Of a stretch of 64,000 nucleotides of DNA, positions 18,878-26,630 are shown piece by piece. Position 1 is the stretch's first letter. Every line of letters begins with the position of its first letter. The notes beneath the pieces are model-generated. The model did no database searches, was not told the origin of the DNA, and saw nothing but the letters and a program-made list of their open reading frames with translations. Source of the DNA: Minisyncoccota bacterium. Its GTDB lineage: Bacteria; Patescibacteriota; Minisyncoccia; Minisyncoccales; JAGOPM01. The stretch lies in assembly GCA_041651395.1 (NCBI GenBank), contig JBAZJI010000001.1, forward strand, positions 571,920 to 635,919, read 5' to 3'. The position numbers were made by a program, and so were the translations under genes.

Positions 18878-19788
18878 TATAGTTCTCCAAAACGGATATT
18901 CTGCCATGCTTTAATGTGCTCTACTGCTTTTGAAAATAATTCTAAGCTGCAGCAAATCCCATCGGAAAGCATGAAATTTTCATATCCCATTTCTTGGAGC
19001 ATTTCCAAATCCGAAAAATCCCTTAAATCCGGCTCGGAATTTTTTTCCAGACTGGTCATAATCCGCGAAGCAACGATAGCATTTGGGTCTTTGGAGATTA
19101 TGGAATCCAAACAACGGATTATCTCGGCTTTCTGAGCCCCCATATTAATATACAAATCGTCGCGGGCCGCCATTAGCGAAAGACCGGTTTTATCAATCTT
19201 TCCCCACTGGCCCAGAACAAACCTCATGCCGCGCTTACTTTCAATTTTAAGCACAGCCTCGGCTTGCGGGTCAAAAGCGCGCAATTCCTCAATATCCTTT
19301 ACGCTCTCCACAAAGGAAAGCATATAGTTATGAAAATCCAACTCCTTGCCGGCTTTAATCCAACGCTTATCGCCTTCAGTCAAAAAACCGTCAATCTCCA
19401 AGGACTCATCAAGGATGTTTATCGCTTGGCCCTTGCCCACAATGTAATCGGGCCGGGTTTCCAAAACGAGCTTGTTGCCGTCAGTAACATGAGTAATCGA
19501 ACCTCGACAATCCTTAAAAAGCACCTCACAGGGCAAATTGACTTTGATTTTATGACTAATTTCCACCAGCTCATAACAAGTATCACCAAAAGAAGTGATA
19601 CGCAGTTGTCGGCATTTCAAATCAACCCAAAGCGATTTTTTCCCGGCCAAAGTCAACATATCTTGAAGAGTTTCTTTCTCGCTTTTAAGAATGGGCATTG
19701 AGGTATTTATTCTCAACCCGTCAATACTTGGACAGCGAGCAATATCGGCATTGTGTTGGCGTAAGGGCGGCAAAGTAGCAATCAGCAT
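18877..19788 (-). CDS. Pyruvate-kinase-like TIM-barrel protein (barrel only, no C-terminal domain)
   Basis: Collinear with PK motifs: IATLPP (TxGP), GLRINTS (RxNxSHG), LWVDLKCRQLRI (xDxKGPExR), VLKIESKRG (KIEN), LMAARDDLYINMG (MxARGDLG), ASRIMTSLEKNSEPDLRDFSDL (ATQMLESM...PTRAE..D), FMLSDG (MLSGE). Confidence 0.65.
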   Translation of the reverse strand: MLIATLPPLRQHNADIARCPSIDGLRINTSMPILKSEKETLQDMLTLAGKKSLWVDLKCRQLRITSFGDTCYELVEISHKIKVNLPCEVLFKDCRGSITHVTDGNKLVLETRPDYIVGKGQAINILDESLEIDGFLTEGDKRWIKAGKELDFHNYMLSFVESVKDIEELRAFDPQAEAVLKIESKRGMRFVLGQWGKIDKTGLSLMAARDDLYINMGAQKAEIIRCLDSIISKDPNAIVASRIMTSLEKNSEPDLRDFSDLEMLQEMGYENFMLSDGICCSLELFSKAVEHIKAWQNIRFGEL

Positions 19789-19853
19789 ATTCTCCTCCTC
19801 TTCTTGACTATAAATAAAGGGCGGATAGCTCCGCCCCTCTGTTTTGCATCGGC

Positions 19854-20816
19854 TTAGAGCCTGTCTGCACCACCTTTGTTCTTTCTAATCGCCTCGCCCA
19901 AATCTTTGAAACAATCCACTTTGGCTAAAGCGAGTTTTTCGGCCAATGGGTTCAAAGCTTTTGTTACCTCTTGGATTCTGGATTTACTTTGCCCGCGATT
20001 AACCATATCGATAGCATAAGAATCAAGATCTCGGGCTTGGCTAATCATGGAAATTATGCCAAGCATATCATCCACGCAGGCTTTTGGGTCCTTTAACTCG
20101 ATAAAGCGCTCTCCAATCAAGGACTTCCACTTTTTACAAACGGCGTCATCGCTGCCACCATCGTAGGGCTTATGCAAAACAAAAAAGTTGAATCTGGCGG
20201 AAATTTTTTGAAAAATTTCCTCAGACGGGATATCGCTTGGCAGGCTTTCACCAATTACTTCCTCGACCTGCTTGCGTTTCAACTTTGGATAGACACCTTC
20301 ATCTTCGAGCAGGAAAAAGAACGACAGCTCGGATCTGGAAATGTCACAATGGGCGCTGAAGTAATGAGCCATTAATTCATAAGACTCACTGCTCTGTCCG
20401 CCGCCACCGCCTTCCAAATAAAGCTTGGCAATTTCCTCATCGATGGCCTGCCCTTGAGCAAAGTCACAAACCTGCAAAGGCGCTTGGTCTGAATACGCAT
20501 CCCCCACTCCGACAATACAGATTGAAGGATCGGGGAGATAAGCATTCTTGTCCATTTCGCCCCAGAACATCGGGAGCTTGTCATAAATAATCTTAGTCCA
20601 ATCACCCATAGAGCCAGTTACATCCACTGCCACTACAATGGGGTTTTTGTGTTCGCAACGAATATCCCTCATAAAAGGATTAAGATCCTTATGGAGGGAT
20701 TGGCCATTAAACACCCTATCCGAATCGTCGCTGTAGTCGAAACCACCGCTGGAACCTTTGCCTTTGAAGACATTGCGATCATAAGAATCGCTATAACTTC
20801 CGCCGCCACCGCCCAT
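19854..20816 (-). CDS. von Willebrand factor A (vWA) domain protein with Gly-rich N-terminus
   Basis: MIDAS-type VAVDVTGSMGDW and a later VGVGDA. Low-complexity stretches MGGGGGSYSDSYD and LEGGGGGQSSE. Confidence 0.75.
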   Translation of the reverse strand: MGGGGGSYSDSYDRNVFKGKGSSGGFDYSDDSDRVFNGQSLHKDLNPFMRDIRCEHKNPIVVAVDVTGSMGDWTKIIYDKLPMFWGEMDKNAYLPDPSICIVGVGDAYSDQAPLQVCDFAQGQAIDEEIAKLYLEGGGGGQSSESYELMAHYFSAHCDISRSELSFFFLLEDEGVYPKLKRKQVEEVIGESLPSDIPSEEIFQKISARFNFFVLHKPYDGGSDDAVCKKWKSLIGERFIELKDPKACVDDMLGIISMISQARDLDSYAIDMVNRGQSKSRIQEVTKALNPLAEKLALAKVDCFKDLGEAIRKNKGGADRL

Positions 20817-20841
20817 TATTTCCTCCTTTCAAGGAAACATA

Positions 20842-21930
20842 TCAAGCTGCCCATGCAGCCTTACGATAATCTTTTCCAAAAAGCCCTTCGCTCATTAAAT
20901 CCCAACGCTCGCATAACCGCCAAGCATCATCAAAACGTTTTTGGACCTTGTCTTCAACCATTCTGCTAATCAGCTCGCGCATTTTTTGCGGCACGGTCAA
21001 AGAGAAAGTTTTTTTTGCGCAATCGCCGCCCAAAAGATTTATGGCTATTTGCCCGATAGAGTAAATATCCATGGCTGGGCCGGGCCTTTCCTTGCGATAA
21101 ACCTCTGGCGCCGAGTAATCCTTACAAGCGCCCAAGATGCGTTCACCGTTTTTAGGATTAGCAACCGCAAAAAAGAAATCGCAGAAGTAAATTTTGCGCG
21201 AGGTTAAATCCAAAATCGTGTTGTTAGGCGCAATAGAGCCATGAATGACGTTTTTGGAATGCAAATTTCCCAAAGAAACCAACGCTTCCAAAATTATCCA
21301 GGCGACATGTTTGGGTTCAAGGCCGCTGAGCCTTTGTTGCCTAAGCGTGGCCAGATCTACCCCGTCAGAATAGCGCATAATCAAGCCAAGTTTTTTCCCG
21401 TAGCTTACCTTGTCAAAAATAAGCGGATATTGGGAATCTTCAAACTGCTTGAAAATCGCCATTTCTCTCTGGAGTAAATCATTATCAGCTTCACTTCTAG
21501 CAATTTTGGCTACTACCCGAAGATTCTGACCCCTCTTGCGATACATTTCGCCCAAATATAGATCCACAATTTTCCCTTCGAAAAGCTTTTCATAAAAACG
21601 ATAATCGCCGTTTTTGGTTGAAAAACTTATCGCGGGATTTTTATTGTAGGGTTGGTGAATTCCATAAATTCCGCGCTCAATTTTAGCCCGGGCTTCCTCA
21701 CGCAAAGCGTTAAGCATCCTGGTCGTTTCTGTGGCCATGGCTAAAATAGCCGGGCTCTCGCAGCGATAGCGATCAGGGTGACAAACGGCGACCAGACTCC
21801 GATAGCGCTGCCCTAAAACTTCGATGGAGGGATTTGAACCTCCCAAATCACCAAACAAATCCTCGGCCAGTGGTGCAGCTCTTAAGGCATCAAAAATTGC
21901 CTGAAGGCTGAGCTTCGCAAAATCAATCAC
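20842..21930 (-). CDS. J-domain protein fused to a protein-kinase-like (probably pseudokinase) domain
   Basis: J domain with YRSLVAVCHPDRY (HPD). The kinase fold shows VVAKIA (beta3 Lys), HGSIAPNN in place of HRDLKPxN, CDFFFA (DFG-like) and YSAPEV (APE). Confidence 0.7.
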   Translation of the reverse strand: MIDFAKLSLQAIFDALRAAPLAEDLFGDLGGSNPSIEVLGQRYRSLVAVCHPDRYRCESPAILAMATETTRMLNALREEARAKIERGIYGIHQPYNKNPAISFSTKNGDYRFYEKLFEGKIVDLYLGEMYRKRGQNLRVVAKIARSEADNDLLQREMAIFKQFEDSQYPLIFDKVSYGKKLGLIMRYSDGVDLATLRQQRLSGLEPKHVAWIILEALVSLGNLHSKNVIHGSIAPNNTILDLTSRKIYFCDFFFAVANPKNGERILGACKDYSAPEVYRKERPGPAMDIYSIGQIAINLLGGDCAKKTFSLTVPQKMRELISRMVEDKVQKRFDDAWRLCERWDLMSEGLFGKDYRKAAWAA

Positions 21931-21945
21931 GATAAACCTCCTTTT

Positions 21946-22593
21946 TTACCACGCTGAACATACTACAAGGTCTAGCCGCTCCCTTTGAATATGGCCAAAC
22001 CTTTCAAAGCAACTTTGGGCATGCAAAAAGCGAGAAATTATCTCTAGCTCATCCATGCCATAAATCCTATCGCGGACCAAACGCCGCTGCAAACGAGTGA
22101 AAAACGGGGCGTATGCCCAGATATTGAATGGTTTAGGCAGCAAATCACGACAAAACAGGATAGAATAAAGACCCTCAATAATGATAAGCTTGCTGCTGCG
22201 TATTATCCGGTCAAAACGGGGTTGGCGCCTATTACTAGCCAAATCATAGCTGGGATAAATTGTCTCCCGGCCGGCAGCCAAGGCTGCCACCGCTTTTCGC
22301 AAATCACTGTAACGATAAGATTGCGGCCAATCAAAAGAGATTGCTCCATTTTCCGTTCGAGGTAATTTACAATCGTCAATGTCGCGAAACCAATCGTCCA
22401 TCCGCAAAACCGCCGCTAATTGGCCAACTTTTTGGGTATAAGCCAGAGCCAATTCCTCTCCGATAGTAGTTTTCCCAGAGCAAGAAGGCCCGCTAATACA
22501 TACCAAAATGGGCGTCGCGCCTGAGCTGGAAATTTGGCCTAGTAAAATGCTTTCCGCTTCCTCCTTACCTATAAAGCATCTTATTCCTTGCAT
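21946..22593 (-). CDS. Uridine kinase / phosphoribulokinase-family P-loop nucleoside kinase
   Basis: ISGPSCSGKTTIG, SFDWPQSYRYSDL, YPSYDLASNRR, LIIIEGLY and RLQRRLVRDRIYG are collinear with Udk blocks. SD taaggagg lies before the ATG. Confidence 0.75.
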   Translation of the reverse strand: MQGIRCFIGKEEAESILLGQISSSGATPILVCISGPSCSGKTTIGEELALAYTQKVGQLAAVLRMDDWFRDIDDCKLPRTENGAISFDWPQSYRYSDLRKAVAALAAGRETIYPSYDLASNRRQPRFDRIIRSSKLIIIEGLYSILFCRDLLPKPFNIWAYAPFFTRLQRRLVRDRIYGMDELEIISRFLHAQSCFERFGHIQRERLDLVVCSAW

Positions 22594-22624
22594 TTTCCTC
22601 CTTATTTAGTTGTTAATGTACCAT

Positions 22625-22653
22625 TTTTTACAATAGTTATTGGGATTAGTCAA
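22625..22653 (-). promoter_or_regulatory. Candidate promoter of the 5-gene operon
   Basis: Minus strand: TTGACT (22653-22648), 17-nt spacer, TAAAAA (a weak -10). Confidence 0.35.
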
Positions 22654-22791
22654 TCAAATCACTCGAAATCTACTTTTTATGAAATTGAGCCGAATTTGTG
22701 CAAAACTCCCATTTAATTCCGTATTTTTTGTCCCAAGTATAAAAAACACTCAGGCTTTTAATTGTCTGAGGTTATAAAGAAAAATTCCACC

Positions 22792-23856
22792 TTAAAATAT
22801 CAAAATAATTACTATTGTCAGCACAATCAAAACAACGATTCCGATACAAATGCTTTTAGGATTGACCAAAAAGTTTTCCCCGCTTGGCTGACCACTAACC
22901 TTTGGCAAAGTAACCGTGGCTGCTGGCTCGGCTTTTTCCTGGCCTTGGGCTTTTCCGGTATTAAAACCTTCTTGAAGCTCTTTGCCTTCACTTGGAGCCG
23001 TGACGGGAATGCCTACTCCCTCTATCGGCTTACTGGAAGAGCTCCCATCGAAAAATTCCTTGTGCAATACTGGCTGGCCCTTGGGGCCTGCCAACAAGCT
23101 GGAGATTTTTTTAGCCAGTTGGCTTAATAGTTCGTCCTTATCCTGGCTAAAACTTGACTCGACAAAAATACTTTTAATCGGCTCCTTCTGGCTTTGGAAA
23201 CGGACATAAACTATTTTTTCCCCCACGCCGGGTGAAAGCCGCCATTCCACTTCTGGTTGGAATTTTTCCCACTTGGCGTCTCTGAAGCTCGGATCATTAC
23301 TTATTTCCAGATGCGTAGCCCCGGGTGCTTCAAATTTCAAAATTACTTTTTGCCCTGAAATCCCCGTTGACCCACCGCTATAGGTTATCTTAAAAGAGGA
23401 AACAGGAAATTTATTTTCCACCACGGTCTTTTGCCCGGGCGAAGACGCAAAGCCACTTTGCGCGGGCGTCGAAGTGGGCTCACTAGGGGGCAAAGCTAAA
23501 GTTGTAACAAATATCGCCTCGCTTAAAGCCGATTCTACACTCGCGCCATCCAGTGAGGAAACCCGATAGCTATAAACGGTCGAAGGCGATAAGGAACTGT
23601 CTTGATAAGTGGTAGTAGAAACCTGAGTAAGTAAAACATCATTACGGTAAACTCGATATGCACTGGCGCCAGCCACCTCACCCCAATTTAAGATTACTGA
23701 TGAAGTGGAAACTGCCGAGGAGGCTAAATCACCGGGCGCGGGCGTTGAGTATACATTTACCTGTGTCACGGTAGTCTCAGCCAACAAAAAACCTTGCGGT
23801 ATTAACGCAATTAGAGCAAATACCCAAAGAAAAATTTTAATTATTTTTCCGGCCAT
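22792..23856 (-). CDS. Secreted FN3-domain protein with C-terminal TM anchor
   Basis: Signal peptide, an FN3-like block (SVILNWGEVAGASAYRVYRNDVLL...TVYSYRVSS) and a hydrophobic C-terminus ICIGIVVLIVLTIVIILIF. Confidence 0.75.
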   Translation of the reverse strand: MAGKIIKIFLWVFALIALIPQGFLLAETTVTQVNVYSTPAPGDLASSAVSTSSVILNWGEVAGASAYRVYRNDVLLTQVSTTTYQDSSLSPSTVYSYRVSSLDGASVESALSEAIFVTTLALPPSEPTSTPAQSGFASSPGQKTVVENKFPVSSFKITYSGGSTGISGQKVILKFEAPGATHLEISNDPSFRDAKWEKFQPEVEWRLSPGVGEKIVYVRFQSQKEPIKSIFVESSFSQDKDELLSQLAKKISSLLAGPKGQPVLHKEFFDGSSSSKPIEGVGIPVTAPSEGKELQEGFNTGKAQGQEKAEPAATVTLPKVSGQPSGENFLVNPKSICIGIVVLIVLTIVIILIF

Positions 23857-24233
23857 ACGCCTTTACTTTTGCGCTTAACCGGTTTTGGGGAAAACAATTT
23901 GGCGATAATTAAAATCAGTTCCAAAGCCACAAGCGCATAAAGTGCCAAAGCCAAATAAGAAGTGAAATTCAAATCGCGAATGAATATTTTCCAGTAATTA
24001 GTCTCCAAAGCATCGCCGCCTTGGGCCGTGGCAGTTTGCAAAGGTTCAATGACAGAGAATATCACCCGCTCTTGGCGGACGACTTGGGAATTATTATAAA
24101 CTTTCAAATCAGCCCAATATGATCCCATTTCCAGAGCATGCTCGATCGGAATGCTTACTAAGCCTCGAGAAAAAGAGCCGATTTTTTGGCTAGACGCACC
24201 CTCCAAACTCATGAGTAAATTAGTGCCGCTCAC
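23841..24233 (-). CDS. C-terminal half of a split surface protein (TM-anchored)
   Basis: GTG-initiated ORF. Its frame stays open 18 codons upstream of the GTG and overlaps the 3' end of 24230-24811. A C-terminal TM segment and basic tail are present. Confidence 0.5.
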   Translation of the reverse strand: MSGTNLLMSLEGASSQKIGSFSRGLVSIPIEHALEMGSYWADLKVYNNSQVVRQERVIFSVIEPLQTATAQGGDALETNYWKIFIRDLNFTSYLALALYALVALELILIIAKLFSPKPVKRKSKGVWPEK

Positions 24234-24811
24234 GTCATAAATATCGGCGACAATTTTTTCCGGAGCAACTGGGGCATTGCCTTTATTTTATTATCGATGC
24301 CCAACCAGACCAAAATGGGAAAATTCTTCCGCACGCGAGGAATCGTTAAAGAATAAATATTGAAATCGCTTATGGCTTGATCTCCTACAGTGAGATTAAT
24401 ATCGATAATGGCTCCCAAGGCCACGGAGGAACCACCCGCTACTGCCGCTTTAGGCTGCGATAGATTGGCGCTGATACTGCCCTTGTATTGTTTAAGTGGC
24501 GCACCGGCCGGGACATCGATGCGCACATTCATATAAATAAATTTTTCACCAGCGGGAAAGGCAAAAGATGTTCCCTTATCAATGGTTATCCAAGAAGCGA
24601 TTTCTGGCGCCTCAATATTAGCATTTATTCGCCCTTCGGATTTTGCATCTTCTTCAGAACGTACCAAAGTTATCTGCTGCTCATAATGAGATCCGGGCAT
24701 TAGCTTGTCGCTGGAAACATAAGGAGGTGAAATGCCAAAACCGGCCAAGCAGTAATTGGCTGCAGAAAAAAACATGAACAAACATACAAGTAATTTTACT
24801 GCTCTTTTCAT
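24230..24811 (-). CDS. N-terminal half of a split surface protein (signal peptide, beta-sandwich-like)
   Basis: Signal peptide MKRAVKLLVCLFMFFSAANYCLA followed by GFGISPPYV. The ORF ends in an A-rich region where a 1-nt frame change continues into 23841-24233. Confidence 0.55.
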   Translation of the reverse strand: MKRAVKLLVCLFMFFSAANYCLAGFGISPPYVSSDKLMPGSHYEQQITLVRSEEDAKSEGRINANIEAPEIASWITIDKGTSFAFPAGEKFIYMNVRIDVPAGAPLKQYKGSISANLSQPKAAVAGGSSVALGAIIDINLTVGDQAISDFNIYSLTIPRVRKNFPILVWLGIDNKIKAMPQLLRKKLSPIFMT

Positions 24812-24829
24812 TATCTAATTATTCACCCA

Positions 24830-26485
24830 TTACCAGTCGGCAGTTTCAGCCATAACTGCGCTAGAAGTCACTGTGCCGCTATAGCTACCAGCCACGGTGC
24901 CATCGGGAACTTTTAAGCCCCACATCACTACGCCGGCGGGCAAATAAGAGGTTGTTGTAGGCTTTTTAATATTCGTCTCTAACTCGACATCATTGGCGGT
25001 CAAAGCGGTTGCGTTTTGGTATTGAACGCCCGAGGTGGCATACTTTTGCGCTCCGACCACGATATTATTACTCCCACCATCATTCATGGCGGTACCTTTC
25101 AAATTAATATCCAAACCTGTGTTACCGGTAGATGTCACATAAGTTGTTTGCGGCAAGGCGGTCGTATCACTTATCTGCCCAACAGTCAAAGAACCGTAAG
25201 CGATAGCTGTGGTCATATCCATAGAAACAAAGCTCTGCAATTCGACTCCGGTACTGAGCTCTCCCGACCCCATTTGCGACCCATCCAAGGCATAAATGGT
25301 ATTTTTCCAAGTTTGCGCCGCTAAAGGAGTATTATTATCCGTTGGCGAGGCATGGAATTTATAATTGTATACGCAAGCATATTTCCTAGTCGTTCCAGAA
25401 GTACAACTATCAGAGGCCGAACATGAAACATTATAGATGCAAGTATTATTATTAGTAGCCGTGCAGCTGGCGGCCCCGACATCGGTAGTATAGGCAGAAG
25501 AAGTTACGGACGCCACGTCAGCACAACCATTATTATCCGTCACGGTTCCGGTCGCATTAATATTCACACTGCCGCCCGGCCCTTCGCCTCCAGTGGCAAC
25601 ATTAATTGTGGCTCCGCTATTTATTTCTACCGCCGAAACGGTCGGCGCCACATCATTGACGGTAAATTGTTCTTCAGTATTTTGCACTGCCCCGCCGGCC
25701 GCCATATTATGGCTATCAAAAACATAAACATAACTACTTGAAGCTCCATGCGCGGCCGGGGTCGGCACAGTAAAGCCACAACTAGGATTAGAAGCAGAAA
25801 GACTGGAAGTGCACCAAGTGTCGCTGTCACCGCCATCGCAAGCCGTACCGCTAACGCCTTGTGTTTTACAAACTACTAATTTAACCGTGTCAGAATGGGT
25901 CACATCGGGATCATTGGCAGTTGCCGTAATTGTTAAAGTGGCGCCGGGATCTTTCGGGCCGTCATTGGTCGCGTCAGTAAAATTTGGCGCATGATTGATG
26001 TGCACTGGAGAGCCATTATCGCCCGTGCCCTGAGTGGAGGCCGAACATTGGCTCGAAGCCACTTTATCGCAGGCAAACATATACCAAGTACTGGTCTCAG
26101 CCATATAAGCAGCTGCTGTAGTAGCACAAGTGGCTTGGGTATTATCGTTGGTAGGCACTGAATAACAGAATTCCCCACCCGTACAAGTCGGGGTGGCATT
26201 ATTATTAGCCGAAATCGCATTGGTTTTACAAACCGCCAAATAGTATTGGTCACCATTAGGGTCGTCGGCCGTACCAGTAAAAGTTATTGTCCCGCCGACA
26301 TTGACCGGATTAGTGGAAGTTATGCCGCCATCACTAACACTGGAGGGCGTAGCAGGAGCGCCGCCCGTCACGGTTACCGAGGTCGTAGCTGTGTCTGCCT
26401 TTACTCCCAGAATATCTTGAAGTAAGAAAATGCACAGTAATATTAGTATGGAAAAAAGCAAAAATTGTCCAATTTTTTGTGACAT
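24830..26485 (-). CDS. Secreted Cys/Thr/Ser-rich surface protein, paralogue A (551 aa)
   Basis: N-terminal signal/TM segment. Internal duplicated YYLAVCKT / VKLVVCKT modules. The C-terminal beta-rich domain ends VMWGLKVPDGTVAGSYSGTVTSSAVMAETADW. Confidence 0.75.
   Translation of the reverse strand: MSQKIGQFLLFSILILLCIFLLQDILGVKADTATTSVTVTGGAPATPSSVSDGGITSTNPVNVGGTITFTGTADDPNGDQYYLAVCKTNAISANNNATPTCTGGEFCYSVPTNDNTQATCATTAAAYMAETSTWYMFACDKVASSQCSASTQGTGDNGSPVHINHAPNFTDATNDGPKDPGATLTITATANDPDVTHSDTVKLVVCKTQGVSGTACDGGDSDTWCTSSLSASNPSCGFTVPTPAAHGASSSYVYVFDSHNMAAGGAVQNTEEQFTVNDVAPTVSAVEINSGATINVATGGEGPGGSVNINATGTVTDNNGCADVASVTSSAYTTDVGAASCTATNNNTCIYNVSCSASDSCTSGTTRKYACVYNYKFHASPTDNNTPLAAQTWKNTIYALDGSQMGSGELSTGVELQSFVSMDMTTAIAYGSLTVGQISDTTALPQTTYVTSTGNTGLDINLKGTAMNDGGSNNIVVGAQKYATSGVQYQNATALTANDVELETNIKKPTTTSYLPAGVVMWGLKVPDGTVAGSYSGTVTSSAVMAETADW
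25715..25894 (-). repeat. Near-identical 180-nt block shared with 27507-27686
   Basis: Encodes SDTVKLVVCKTQGVSGTACDGGDSDTWCTSSLSASNPSCGFTVPTPAAHGASSSYVYVFD. The nucleotide sequence is largely identical to the paralogue copy 1792 nt away. Confidence 0.85.
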
Positions 26486-26630
26486 ATGTGATCGACTTAT
26501 TATACACCAAACGTTTTACTTTTAAAAAATTAAGCTGTGGAAAAGTAGACAAAGCCACACCTATATTCAACTACCGTCTTACAAATCTTTTCAAAATTCT
26601 GACTAAAAATAACAGCTACTGAATCCAAAA

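Noticed and set aside
22840-22920. LPKVSG near the C-terminal hydrophobic segment of the FN3 protein as a sortase LPXTG signal
   Set aside because: The motif does not fit LPXTG (extra residue, Ser in place of Thr) and no basic tail follows the hydrophobic segment. No sortase gene is in the window.
26486-26630. Weak hairpin (tgtgg...ccaca) between the two surface paralogues as a terminator or regulatory element
   Set aside because: The stem is only 5 bp with a 14-nt loop and the T-run is offset. That is not enough evidence to call a feature.
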